NCBI GenBank assembly: GCA_048937405.1
Contig: JBHLNF010000009.1
Location: forward strand, 64,001-128,000
Length of the DNA stretch: 64,000 bases
From: Promethearchaeota archaeon
Lineage (GTDB): Archaea > Asgardarchaeota > Lokiarchaeia > Sigyniarchaeales > SOKP01
Direction of reading: 5' to 3'
Part shown: one piece after another, positions 50,417-60,734 of the stretch
How positions within the stretch are numbered: position 1 is the stretch's first letter
Layout of the letters: every line of letters starts with the position of its first letter
Notes under the pieces: model-generated
Told to the model about the DNA's origin: nothing
Seen by the model: the letters and a program-made list of their open reading frames with translations, nothing else
The model's database searches: none
Position numbers and translations under genes: made by a program

Positions 50417-52276
50417 TTATTTTTTTATACTTACAAATTGACTATTATAGATGTCGGCATAAAATCCATCCTTTGCTATTAATTCTTCATGAGTTCCTTG
50501 TTCAACTATATTTCCCCCATTCATTACGAGAATAATGTCTGCGTTGTGGATTGTTGATAATCTATGAGCTATAATAAAACTTGTACGGTTTACCATTAAT
50601 TTATCCATAGCTTTTTGTATTAATATCTCAGTTCGGGTATCTACGGAACTGGTAGCCTCGTCAAGAATAAGTATTTTGGGATCCGCTAAAACAGCTCGAG
50701 CAATGGTTATAAGCTGCATTTGACCTTGAGATATATTAGTAATTTGTTCATTAATAATCATATTATAGCTATTAGGTAATGAATGGACAAAATCATCCAC
50801 ATGTGCAGCTTTAGCAGCTTCAATGACTTCTTTATCACTCGCATCATTATGTCCATATCGTATATTTTCCATTATAGTCCCATTAAAAAGCCATGTATCT
50901 TGCAGAACCATAGCATATAATGTACGCAGATCTTTTCTAGTGAAATTTCTAATATCTTTTCCATCTACTAAAATAGTACCATCAAGTACATCATAAAAAC
51001 GCATGAGAAGTTTGACAATTGTGGTCTTTCCTGCCCCTGTTGGACCAACGATAGCTATTTTTTTACCAGATTCCGCTAAGGCAGAAAAATTATGGATCAC
51101 AATTTTATTTGGATCATAACCAAAATGTACATTTTTAAATTCGACCTGATAGGTATTTTTATCTTCAATTTTAATAGGATTTATCGTCTCTTCAATTTCT
51201 TCTTCTTCCTCAAGGAATTTAAAGACTCTTTCTGCAGCTGCAATAGTTTGCTGAATAGTGTTAGAGATATTTGCAAGTTGAGTTAGGGGTTGTGTAAAAG
51301 TACGGATATATTGGATAAACGCTTGAATATCACCAATTGATATAGAATTTATTACAACAAGCCAACTACCTAATATGCAAATTCCAACATAACCTAAATT
51401 CCCTATAAAAAACATCAATGGCATCATTAAACCAGAAAAAAAACTCGCTTTCCATGCAGATTTGTAAAGTGTATTATTGTACTCAGTAAATTTTTTAATG
51501 CTTTTTTCCTCTCCGTTAAAAGCTTTCATTACAACATGACCACTAAACATCTCTTCAACATGTCCATTTACATTTCCTAAATATTGTTGTTGTTTTATAA
51601 AATACTTCATAGACCTTTTCATAATTGTGCGCATTAAAGTTAGTGAAATTGGGATAATAATCAACGCAATGAGAGTTAGAAACCAACTGATAGATAACAT
51701 CATTATGAGAACACCAACTACAGTAACAATTGAAGTAATTATCTGGGTAAGGGTTTGACTTAAAGTCTGGTTGATTACATCCACATCATTAGTTACATGT
51801 GCAAGCACTTGACCATGTGTTCTTTTATCGAAATATTTGAGAGGTAATTTGTTAATCTTTGTGGAAATATCTTGTCTTAAGCGATAAGATGTATCTGTGG
51901 AAACTTTGGCCATTATCCAACCTTGTACAAATCTAAATATCGCAGAAAGTACATACAACCCAATTGTTAAAAGAATTATAAATCCAATATATTCAAAATC
52001 AATTGAACCTGTACCTCTTATTTGTTCAATTAAACCTTCAAATAATTTTGTAGTTGCCAAACCTAAAATCTTCGGACCAAAAATGACAGCGGTTGTAGAA
52101 GCTATCGCAAAAATGAAAGCAACTATTACTGCCTTTTTATACCTAGCCATATAAGCAAGTAATTTTCGGATTGTTCCTTTAAAGTCTTTTGATTTACCCC
52201 CCATCATCATAGGGAATGCTCCTCTACCCATTGGACCTCTACTCATTGGACCTCCTGGGGGGCCTCTTCGCATCAT
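50417..52276 (-). CDS. Heterodimeric ABC exporter, TM288-like subunit
   Basis: TMD plus GPTGAGKT, signature ISQGQ, Walker B ILDE, switch AHR. Confidence 0.95.
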   Translation of the reverse strand: MMRRGPPGGPMSRGPMGRGAFPMMMGGKSKDFKGTIRKLLAYMARYKKAVIVAFIFAIASTTAVIFGPKILGLATTKLFEGLIEQIRGTGSIDFEYIGFIILLTIGLYVLSAIFRFVQGWIMAKVSTDTSYRLRQDISTKINKLPLKYFDKRTHGQVLAHVTNDVDVINQTLSQTLTQIITSIVTVVGVLIMMLSISWFLTLIALIIIPISLTLMRTIMKRSMKYFIKQQQYLGNVNGHVEEMFSGHVVMKAFNGEEKSIKKFTEYNNTLYKSAWKASFFSGLMMPLMFFIGNLGYVGICILGSWLVVINSISIGDIQAFIQYIRTFTQPLTQLANISNTIQQTIAAAERVFKFLEEEEEIEETINPIKIEDKNTYQVEFKNVHFGYDPNKIVIHNFSALAESGKKIAIVGPTGAGKTTIVKLLMRFYDVLDGTILVDGKDIRNFTRKDLRTLYAMVLQDTWLFNGTIMENIRYGHNDASDKEVIEAAKAAHVDDFVHSLPNSYNMIINEQITNISQGQMQLITIARAVLADPKILILDEATSSVDTRTEILIQKAMDKLMVNRTSFIIAHRLSTIHNADIILVMNGGNIVEQGTHEELIAKDGFYADIYNSQFVSIKK

Positions 52277-54489
52277 AATAATTCCTCCATTGTATGTTGA
52301 GATAAAGCAATTTCCTTATATGTTTCACATGTCTTCAACAGCTCAATATGTTTACCCTTACCTACAATTTTACCATTGTCAAGTACAATTATTTGTTCTG
52401 CATCCATAATAGTGGAAACCCTTTGAGTCACAATTATTAATGTGATATTTTCAAAATTTTCTTTGAATGCCTTACGTAATGCTCTATCAGTTTTAAAGTC
52501 TAACGCGGAAAAACTATCATCCAAGATATAAATTGGAGATTGCTTTACAAGTGCTCGAGCTATGGATAATCTCTGTTTTTGTCCACCAGATACATTTCTT
52601 CCACCTTGTGCAATTCTTGTCTCCAAACCACTGGTTTTAGTATTTACAAATTCGGAAGCTTGCGAAATTTCAATTGCTGATTTTAAGGTTGTACTTTCAG
52701 CGTTTTCATTCGCATAATATAAATTACTTGAAATAGTTCCTGAGAATAAGGAACTTTTCTGAGGCACATATCCTATTTTTTCTCGTAAATCATATTGTGA
52801 AACTTCTCGAATATCCAAGCCATCGATTAAAATTGATCCAGACGAGACGTCATAAAATCTGAGTATCAAATTCATAAGTGTGGATTTACCGGATCCGGTT
52901 GCTCCTATAAACGCTGTCGTCTCTCCTGGACGTGCTATGAAGTTAATTTCACGTAAAACATTCTCTTCAGCACCAGGATATTTAAATGATACATTACGAA
53001 ATTCAATTGTAGCATCAAATGGTTCTTTAAACACGCGTAAATCTAGGGAATCTTTAATGGATGGTTCAGTATCCAATACCTCACCTATTCTTTTTATAGA
53101 TACACTAGCTCGTGGAAGCATAATAAACATCATAGAAATCATCAAAAATGACATTACAATTTGCATTGTGTATTGCATGAATGCCATCATATTTCCAATC
53201 TGCAATAATCCCTCCGCGACTTCATGAGATCCAATCCATATAATTAAAACCATAGTCCCATTCATTATAAACATCATTAGCGGCATTAGTATGAACATTA
53301 GCCTATTTATAAACAAACTCTTTTTCGTTAAATCAAGATTAACCTTATCAAAACGATTTTCTTCAAATTCTTGCTTGTTAAAACTTCTAACAACCATCAT
53401 ACCTGTAAGATTTTCACGTGTAATAAGGTTAAGTTCATCAATTAAATCTTGAATTGACTTAAATTTGGGTAAAGCAATTATAAAAACGATGATTATTATA
53501 AATATAAGTGATGCAACAGGTATAGCTATTATCCACCACATCGATGATGCTGAAGACATTGCATGAAAAATAGCGCCTATACCCAATATTGGAGCATAAA
53601 ACACAATACTAATCAACATAATAATGATCATCTGAATTTGAGTAATATCATTAGTTGAACGGGTCACTAAGGATGCTGTAGAAAACTTATCAAACTCAAT
53701 ATTTGTAAAACTTTCAACTTTTATGAACAAATCCTCTCGAATATCACGAGCCATTCCAGTTGCCGTTTTAGCAGATAAATAACTTACTCCGATAATACAT
53801 AACACTGATATTAATGTCATTAATAGCATTAAAATACCAACTCGCCATATATAATTCATTTGAATCTCTTTCATATCCATACCAAGAAGTTCGTATTCTG
53901 CTCTTATTCCCTGTATTACAGCTTGTCTCAACATTGTATCATCAAATGAATCAAATTCAGAATAGAACTCATTAATAATTTGAATTCTTATAACCTCGGG
54001 CAAATTTTCTAAATAACTGAATAAATCAGTATCTGTAGGAAAACCCAATGTTGTTGCTAGATCTGGATCTTCCATAATTTGTTTAACAAAAAATACAATG
54101 ACAATCGGTTTTGTCATTATTAAACTTAATTGAATGATATTCGATTTAGAATGATTACTGAGAACATATATTGGTTCGCTGCTAATAACAGGATATGTTT
54201 TAACATAATAATCATATTTATCAGAGTTATTATCATAAAGTATGTATTGATTTAGTATCATCGCTTTATCACTTGTACTATTTATGAAAAATAATGTTCT
54301 ATTCATTTCTTTTTGAGTAATTGCATCTGGTACTTTATCCTCAATACCACCTTGTTGAATTCCAACGTTGACAATGTCAGATAGATAATTTGGTAATGCT
54401 AAATTTACATTAGCTTGCACAAATAGTAGCATGATTGCTCCTATTATCATCGGAAGGTAGGGTTTTGTATATTTAAATGTCCTATTCAT
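52273..54489 (-). CDS. Heterodimeric ABC exporter, TM287-like subunit with large extracellular loop
   Basis: GATGSGKS, VSGGQ, degenerate Walker B ILDD and switch TQR; ATGA overlap with partner. Confidence 0.95.
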   Translation of the reverse strand: MNRTFKYTKPYLPMIIGAIMLLFVQANVNLALPNYLSDIVNVGIQQGGIEDKVPDAITQKEMNRTLFFINSTSDKAMILNQYILYDNNSDKYDYYVKTYPVISSEPIYVLSNHSKSNIIQLSLIMTKPIVIVFFVKQIMEDPDLATTLGFPTDTDLFSYLENLPEVIRIQIINEFYSEFDSFDDTMLRQAVIQGIRAEYELLGMDMKEIQMNYIWRVGILMLLMTLISVLCIIGVSYLSAKTATGMARDIREDLFIKVESFTNIEFDKFSTASLVTRSTNDITQIQMIIIMLISIVFYAPILGIGAIFHAMSSASSMWWIIAIPVASLIFIIIIVFIIALPKFKSIQDLIDELNLITRENLTGMMVVRSFNKQEFEENRFDKVNLDLTKKSLFINRLMFILMPLMMFIMNGTMVLIIWIGSHEVAEGLLQIGNMMAFMQYTMQIVMSFLMISMMFIMLPRASVSIKRIGEVLDTEPSIKDSLDLRVFKEPFDATIEFRNVSFKYPGAEENVLREINFIARPGETTAFIGATGSGKSTLMNLILRFYDVSSGSILIDGLDIREVSQYDLREKIGYVPQKSSLFSGTISSNLYYANENAESTTLKSAIEISQASEFVNTKTSGLETRIAQGGRNVSGGQKQRLSIARALVKQSPIYILDDSFSALDFKTDRALRKAFKENFENITLIIVTQRVSTIMDAEQIIVLDNGKIVGKGKHIELLKTCETYKEIALSQHTMEELL

Positions 54490-54537
54490 AAGTTCATTTG
54501 CTCTAATTTATTTGATTAAGTATTTAAACAGATAATA

Positions 54538-54993
54538 TTAATTCTCTAAATCAGGTATATCATCATTTATATTAATTTTATTTATCAATTTGTCTAATAT
54601 GGTGATGATCTCTCTCTTCTCATCATTATTATATGTAAAAATTAAATCTTCAAACCATTTATAACTAGTTCGAAAACATTCATTAAGAAATTCAAGTCCT
54701 TTTTGTGTTAAATTAAGATTTTTAATCCTTCGATCATTAGGATCTTCTGATCTATCAATCAATCCTAATTGAACCATTCGATGCAGCAACTGACTTGCTG
54801 CTGCACTTGAAATTCCCAATTCTATGCCAATAACTGATACATTACAACTGCCTTTACGATAAATTCGTATGAGAGCACCTATCTGAGGCATAGATATATC
54901 ATTTTCTTTTGAGAATTTAAAAATACTATTAAGTGATTTATACAAAGTTAACTGAACCCATTTTTTTACAGTTTCAGAAATATCTGAGCCCAT
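54538..54993 (-). CDS. MarR-family regulator of the ABC exporter
   Basis: ISMPQ, SQLLHRMVQLGLIDR..DPNDRR..L.LT.KG. Confidence 0.92.
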   Translation of the reverse strand: MGSDISETVKKWVQLTLYKSLNSIFKFSKENDISMPQIGALIRIYRKGSCNVSVIGIELGISSAAASQLLHRMVQLGLIDRSEDPNDRRIKNLNLTQKGLEFLNECFRTSYKWFEDLIFTYNNDEKREIITILDKLINKININDDIPDLEN

Positions 54994-55289
54994 TTTTGAA
55001 TTCTATTGATTTTTTAAGACTGTTAAATTAGTTAATGCAATTTAATAATTAAAATTTATTAATATTTAAATTAACTTAGACAAAAAAATCAAATTTAGAT
55101 GAATACTCTAATTTAGAAGATTTAAATGAAAAAGATCTGAAAGAATAACGGATAGATTTAGATCATTTTTTAAATGGTTAATTCTTATTATTTCTAAATT
55201 TCAAACGTATTCTTGATAAAATTTATCATATCTTATAGTAATTCGTTCAATTTTCCAAAAAGTTAAAAATAATTGGTGATTTAAGAAAA

Positions 55290-57467
55290 ATGGATAATGA
55301 TAATACTATTTGCCTATTATTTTGCCTTCATTTTCATCAACCTGTTGATAACTTCAATTTTGTTATAGAAGATTGTTATAAAAAATCATATGAACCTCTA
55401 ATTGAGAATATTTTTAAATATGAAGATGTGAAATTTACACTTCACTTTTCAGGCAATTTATTAGAATGGTTTATTAAAAATAAGCCAGATCTTATAAAAA
55501 AGATAAAGGTTATGGCAAAAAGGGGTCAGATTGAGATTATTGGAGGCGGGTATTATGAGCCAATATTTGCAATCATTCCATATCGCGATAAAATTGCTCA
55601 AATGAAAAAGTTATCGAGGCTAATAAAAGAAGAATTCGGATTAGAAGTAAAAGGTGCTTGGTTATCAGAAAGAGTTTGGGAACCAAATTATCCCTCTTTC
55701 TTAAATGATGTTGGATTAAAGTATGTAATCGTTGATGACAATCATTTTCGTTCTACTGGGATAACCGAGGAAGGAACCTTTTATTCATATATTACCGAAG
55801 ATGAAGGAAAAACTTTACGGATATTTCCTATTAACGAAGAATTGAGATATTTAACACCTTGGAAACCTACTTATATGTCTGTTGATTATTTAAAAGAAGC
55901 TGCTGATGAAAAGGGTGATAGATGTGCTTTATTAATATCAGATGCAGAAAAAATGGGTGTCTGGGGAACAACACATCAAATTTGCTATGTGGATGGGTGT
56001 GGACATGAAGAAGGAGATAATGGCAAGCCTTTTATTCCCGCATTTTTTGAACAAATTAGAAAAAATTCATGGATTAAATCAGTAACACTTTCAGAATATA
56101 TGAATCAATATCCTGCGAAAAGTTTAGTATATCTACCAACTGCTAGTTATGATAAAATGGAAGAATGGGTTTTACCCACTAATATTCGTAAAAAATTCAA
56201 AATAATAAGGAAATCATTAAGAGAAGATGAAGAAAAGAAGGTGATCTATCAATTTCTTCGTGGTGGTTTTTGGAGATATTTTTTAGTAAAATATCCTGAA
56301 TCCAATAATATGCACAAGAAGATGATTCATATAAGAAATAAACTTATTAATGTTGAAGAAACTCTGTTAAAGGTCGAAAATGAACAACTTATTTCTGTTA
56401 TATTAAAAAAAATTGAAGAAGCATGGGATGAGATTTATAAAACTCAATGCAATGATTGTTATTGGCATGGATTATTTGGTGGAGTTTATTTACAATTTCT
56501 TAGATTTTCAGTTTACACTCATTTAATTAATGCTGAGAGAATAATTGATGATATTAATTCTTTAATTAATCCTAAGATGAAATCATACATTTATATAACT
56601 CCTATCGATTTTATCAAAGATAGCAAGACAGAATACTTAATTGAATCTGATGTCTTTAATATTTATGTTAACCCTAACGATGGTGGAACTATTTTTGAGT
56701 TAGATTATAAACCAAAATCTTATAATTTATTGAATACATTAACAAGATGGTCTGAAGCATATCATGAAAGTAAGAAACTAGAAGAAAAAGAAGTTATGGT
56801 TGATAGATTTAAAAGAAATTTATTACGTCTTAGGATATTACATAATGATGTTACTCTTGAACAATTACAAGCAGATCTATATTATGAGTTTGGAGATTTT
56901 ATTGATGATTCTTTCAAGGTCACGAGTAGTGAAAAGGAAGGAAAAACTGCAATTGTTGAGATGGAAAAAATAGGAAGTATAAAAGATCCAGATACTGATG
57001 AAAGAAATACAGTACGAATCATAAAAGATATATATGTAAAAGAAAGTGAAATTGAAATTAAACTAAGAATGAACTTTAACGATGGTCATAAACAAGAAAA
57101 AATAATTGGGCGGATTCTTAAAAACTTAAATGTCGCGATTGATATTCCTTTTTTCTTTAACGGAGACACAAAAAGTTTCCGATGGGAAAGTAAGCATATA
57201 AATATTAAAGATACTGAAAATAATGATTTGTTAGAGCCTTTTGAATTTGTTGGTTCACACTTTAAAGCATATGATGTTACCTATGACCTAAGTTTTGAAC
57301 TTGAGATTTCGAGTAAAGCAGATTCAATAAAAATTCGTAAATTTCCTATAATCGCATATGCTTATACAGATGAGGGTTATAAAGAGATATATGAGGGTAT
57401 AAATATTACACCTATTATTAAGCTTGAGAAGAATTTAGAAGTTCAATTAAAGCTAAGAGTCTTTTAA
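55290..57467 (+). CDS. GH57 alpha-amylase/4-alpha-glucanotransferase
   Basis: HFHQP, GGGYYEPI, WLSERVWEP, DAEKMG.W, SYDKMEEW, KYPESNNMHK, QCNDCYWHG.FGG.Y. Confidence 0.93.
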   Translation: MDNDNTICLLFCLHFHQPVDNFNFVIEDCYKKSYEPLIENIFKYEDVKFTLHFSGNLLEWFIKNKPDLIKKIKVMAKRGQIEIIGGGYYEPIFAIIPYRDKIAQMKKLSRLIKEEFGLEVKGAWLSERVWEPNYPSFLNDVGLKYVIVDDNHFRSTGITEEGTFYSYITEDEGKTLRIFPINEELRYLTPWKPTYMSVDYLKEAADEKGDRCALLISDAEKMGVWGTTHQICYVDGCGHEEGDNGKPFIPAFFEQIRKNSWIKSVTLSEYMNQYPAKSLVYLPTASYDKMEEWVLPTNIRKKFKIIRKSLREDEEKKVIYQFLRGGFWRYFLVKYPESNNMHKKMIHIRNKLINVEETLLKVENEQLISVILKKIEEAWDEIYKTQCNDCYWHGLFGGVYLQFLRFSVYTHLINAERIIDDINSLINPKMKSYIYITPIDFIKDSKTEYLIESDVFNIYVNPNDGGTIFELDYKPKSYNLLNTLTRWSEAYHESKKLEEKEVMVDRFKRNLLRLRILHNDVTLEQLQADLYYEFGDFIDDSFKVTSSEKEGKTAIVEMEKIGSIKDPDTDERNTVRIIKDIYVKESEIEIKLRMNFNDGHKQEKIIGRILKNLNVAIDIPFFFNGDTKSFRWESKHINIKDTENNDLLEPFEFVGSHFKAYDVTYDLSFELEISSKADSIKIRKFPIIAYAYTDEGYKEIYEGINITPIIKLEKNLEVQLKLRVF

Positions 57468-57598
57468 TATTTAAATCTTGGGATTTTTTCTTTGATTATT
57501 GACATAAGCTCTAATATTGTCGGATTTAACTATCTTTAAATATATCATTAAACTAATAAATACTAATAAGTATTAAATTTGCATCGTTTTTGACACTT

Positions 57599-57739
57599 AT
57601 GGGAACCAACGGTAATGGTAAACGGAATGGCTGGACTTACAATGAAAAAACAGTAAAGAGAAATATTGAAAATAATCATTTTGTTAAAAATATTCGAAAA
57701 AAGTTAGTAGAAGAAAAATTAAAGAAAAAATATCGATAA
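57599..57739 (+). CDS. Unannotated 46-aa basic microprotein 1
   Basis: ATG..TAA, MGTNGNGKRNGWTYNEKTVKRNIENNHFVKNIRKKLVEEKLKKKYR; similar to the next ORF. Confidence 0.65.
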   Translation: MGTNGNGKRNGWTYNEKTVKRNIENNHFVKNIRKKLVEEKLKKKYR

Positions 57740-57907
57740 CTTGTTTTAATTATGTATGTTTAATTTTTATAATTATAATTCTTACTCCTTTTATAAATCA
57801 AAAAGTATCTATTAAAATCTCTTCCAATTTATTGAAGGTACTTTCTTATATGCAGTTTCTTCTTTTATTAGTAGATAATATAGAATTAAAAAAAATCGAT
57901 CTGAATT

Positions 57908-58063
57908 ATGAAAGCTTATAAAAATACAGACTGTTCAAGTTGGAACTGTTGTGATGAGAATTTATACGAGTGTATTGATAGATCACAATTCGTGAAAAAA
58001 ATCAGAAAACAACTTAAAGAAAAGAATTTTAAGAAGAATTCAGATAGATTATCTATAAAATAG
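57908..58063 (+). CDS. Unannotated 51-aa basic microprotein 2
   Basis: ATG..TAG, MKAYKNTDCSSWNCCDENLYECIDRSQFVKKIRKQLKEKNFKKNSDRLSIK; shares W-x10-I-x4-FVKxIRKxLxE-x3-KK with the previous ORF. Confidence 0.65.
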   Translation: MKAYKNTDCSSWNCCDENLYECIDRSQFVKKIRKQLKEKNFKKNSDRLSIK

Positions 58064-58077
58064 AATTTTTTCAGAAT

Positions 58078-58797
58078 TTAACTTTCAAAACCATATTTTC
58101 CAATTAATGGAACAAAACGAACGCCAGTTATTTTCTTAGAGTCAAATTGATCTCCTTGTTTTTTAATAATATATAAATTTTGAGCATAACTTTTTGATCC
58201 TGCCGGAATACAGAGAATTCCTCCCTCTTTTAACTGTTTACGCAAAGGAACAGGAACTCTGGTTGGTGAAGCTGCTGTAACTAATATCTTATCATAAGGA
58301 GCTTCTTTAGGATATCCTAATGTTCCATCTCCATGAATTACCGAAACATTCTGATCATACCCTGTTTTTTTAAGGCTTTCCTGAGCATTTTTTACTAACT
58401 CCTCATGGCGTTCAATTGTAAAGACATGACCGGGATTTTCTGAATTTTTTGGTGCAACCAATTCTGCACATAATGCAGCATGATACCCAGAACCTGTCCC
58501 AATTTCTAAAACTTTTTCACCTTCAGATAATTCTAAATACTCACACATCATAGCATTCATATGAGGGGCACTGATAGTCTGTCCTAAGCCAATAGATAAA
58601 GGAGTATCCAAATAAGCACTTGATTCTGCCTCCTTTGGCACAAATTTATGTCTAGGCACGAGAAACATTGCTTTAATCACTTCTGGTTTAGTTAGAATTC
58701 CTCTATCCTTGAGACTTTCAACCAGTCGTTTTCTCTTTTCTTCAAAATTCATTTTTGTTATTGAAACCATAATGCCTAGTATCGCGTGTTCTTTCAC
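58078..58797 (-). CDS. pcm: Protein-L-isoaspartate O-methyltransferase
   Basis: VPRHKFVP, GQTISAPHM, VLEIGTGSGYHAA, GDG..G...APYD, VRFVPL. True start is probably ATG 58770 or 58752. Confidence 0.95.
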   Translation of the reverse strand: MKEHAILGIMVSITKMNFEEKRKRLVESLKDRGILTKPEVIKAMFLVPRHKFVPKEAESSAYLDTPLSIGLGQTISAPHMNAMMCEYLELSEGEKVLEIGTGSGYHAALCAELVAPKNSENPGHVFTIERHEELVKNAQESLKKTGYDQNVSVIHGDGTLGYPKEAPYDKILVTAASPTRVPVPLRKQLKEGGILCIPAGSKSYAQNLYIIKKQGDQFDSKKITGVRFVPLIGKYGFES

Positions 58798-58804
58798 ATA
58801 AAAA

Positions 58805-60040
58805 TCATTTTTTTATGATATAAATCTTTGCGTTTGCTTCGACTTCCTTATTAATGCGTAAATTAATTCTAACAGGATCAGTATATCTTTTTCTAGATAT
58901 GTTTTTTATCTTTTCACCTTTATAAATCATCTTTTTTATTGTTTCAATGGTATAAGTATTGGAACCTATGATTATAATTTCATCTCCTATGTTTAAGGGA
59001 AATTCTAGGCTTTCTAATAAAACATTAGCCGACTTACTGTTTTGATCATATGAAAGGATTTTTCCTATGTAATGTTTTTTAAATTGAGAGATATTTCCTC
59101 TCCTATTTAACTCAATATCTTCAATAGTTGGTCTATGAAAATAAAATCCCGTATGAAATCCTCGATTATATACCATTGAAAGTCTTTTTAACCAGTTAGT
59201 AATTTTTTCTTTTCCATAGGTTCTATCAAAAAAACTATCTATTGCTTCTCTATAACATTCTGAAACTGTTTTTATATAAAGAGGATCTTTCATTCTACCT
59301 TCAATCTTAAAGCTATCGATATTAGCATCAATAAGTTCAGGAATATATTCAATCATACATAGATCTTTTGCATTTAAAAACATTTCTCCATTGTAAATAA
59401 ATTCATTATTCTCATCATCGATTACTCTCCATTCTCTTCTACATGGTTGTACGCAATTTCCTCGATTCGCAGAATATTCTTCAGATTCACAGATAGTAGC
59501 GGATAAATAACATCTTCCTGAAACTGATGTACACATGGAACCATGGACAAAACATTCGATTTCTGCTTTTGAAAGTAAATGCTTAATAAGTTTTATTTGT
59601 TTCAATGACAACTCTCTTGCTAAAATAATTCTTTCTGCGCCCAATTCTTCATAGAATTTAGCAGCTTCTATATTTGAAATATTAGCTTGGGTAGATATAT
59701 GAAATTTCATATTATTACGTTTAGCTATTTGAATCACTGCAAGATCATGGGCAATAATCGCATCAATTTCATTATCTTTTGCTTCTGAAATTAAAGATTC
59801 TAAGTCCTGTAATTCTGAATCATAAATTAGAATATTAGTTGTAAGATATGCTTTTATTGGTGGATTTTGGTTATGACAAAAATCAGCTACTTTCTTTAAA
59901 TCTTTTCTCTCAAAATTTTTAGCCGTTTTCCTCATATTATATTTCTCAATACCAAAATAAATAGCATCTGCTAAACCCCCTATGACTTTTAGTGAATTCC
60001 AATCTTGAATTGGTACAAGTAATTCTGGTTGATTTTCCAT
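58805..60040 (-). CDS. U32 'peptidase' family Fe-S protein (TrhP/RlhA-like RNA hydroxylase)
   Basis: ADAIYFG, HISTQ, LARELS, ECFVHGSMC..VSGRC, NRGNCVQPCR, KIEGR. Confidence 0.9.
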   Translation of the reverse strand: MENQPELLVPIQDWNSLKVIGGLADAIYFGIEKYNMRKTAKNFERKDLKKVADFCHNQNPPIKAYLTTNILIYDSELQDLESLISEAKDNEIDAIIAHDLAVIQIAKRNNMKFHISTQANISNIEAAKFYEELGAERIILARELSLKQIKLIKHLLSKAEIECFVHGSMCTSVSGRCYLSATICESEEYSANRGNCVQPCRREWRVIDDENNEFIYNGEMFLNAKDLCMIEYIPELIDANIDSFKIEGRMKDPLYIKTVSECYREAIDSFFDRTYGKEKITNWLKRLSMVYNRGFHTGFYFHRPTIEDIELNRRGNISQFKKHYIGKILSYDQNSKSANVLLESLEFPLNIGDEIIIIGSNTYTIETIKKMIYKGEKIKNISRKRYTDPVRINLRINKEVEANAKIYIIKK

Positions 60041-60129
60041 ACTATATTATTAAGATATTTATTGACAATCTATAATATTACAATATAAAATAAAGAATTT
60101 TAAAATTGTTATAAAAAAAGGAGTATAAA

Positions 60130-60453
60130 ATGGAATTAAGAATGCCAAAGTGCAAAATAACTATATTGAAGAAGTCATTGAATAAAGAATTGATTGAAGA
60201 ATTTATCAGTGATGAATATACTGGTATGAAACCATGTGAGATTTTTGACGAAGGTCAAGAAATATTAATCGATCCAAATCTAGCTCAGGTACCTGATGGA
60301 TTCTGCCATTGGGCATGGGCAGATATAAGAAAAGATATAATGCTTGTAGCATCAGGAGGAGATGTCCTAGGGATGAAATATAAAGGTACTGTTATTACCG
60401 GATGCTCTGATTGGTTTCGACCTGTAATATTCAAAGTAGAAAGGATTGAGTGA
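60130..60453 (+). CDS. TIGR04076-family small Cys protein
   Basis: PC..F..GQE, P.GFC.WAW, CSD.FRPVIFKVERI. Confidence 0.8.
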   Translation: MELRMPKCKITILKKSLNKELIEEFISDEYTGMKPCEIFDEGQEILIDPNLAQVPDGFCHWAWADIRKDIMLVASGGDVLGMKYKGTVITGCSDWFRPVIFKVERIE

Positions 60454-60589
60454 AATATTTTCATTTGCATTTGAAGGTGAGTTCCCAGAAGATAAAAGAA
60501 AAAAAGGTACTGACTTACTTTTAAAGATCAAACCCAATGAACTAAAAGCCATTGAACATCTAAAAGAAGCAGTAAAAGTTTGGAAATAA
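60446..60589 (+). CDS. Possible 47-aa ORF or gene remnant
   Basis: TTG start overlapping the previous stop; MSEIFSFAFEGEFPEDKRKKGTDLLLKIKPNELKAIEHLKEAVKVWK. Confidence 0.35.
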   Translation: MSEIFSFAFEGEFPEDKRKKGTDLLLKIKPNELKAIEHLKEAVKVWK

Positions 60590-60734
60590 GATTATTAATT
60601 AATATTTCTTTTTTTATTCTCGTTCTAAAAGAGGTAAAATTTAATTATAAAGAAAGCGATTTTATAAAAATTAAAAGTATCGTATTAATTATTGAAAAAT
60701 AATTTGAAAATTGTAATATTTGAGGTTTATAATA

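Noticed and set aside
50097-55230. 13-bp match AAAATTTATCATA flanking the ABC-MarR block as a target-site duplication
   Set aside because: Almost all A/T and expected by chance; one copy lies inside the maltokinase start region.
24751-55252. Shared 13-mer AATTCGTTCAATT upstream of the solute-binding protein and GH57 amylase genes
   Set aside because: Only two copies, in opposite orientation relative to their genes and not palindromic; insufficient for an operator call.
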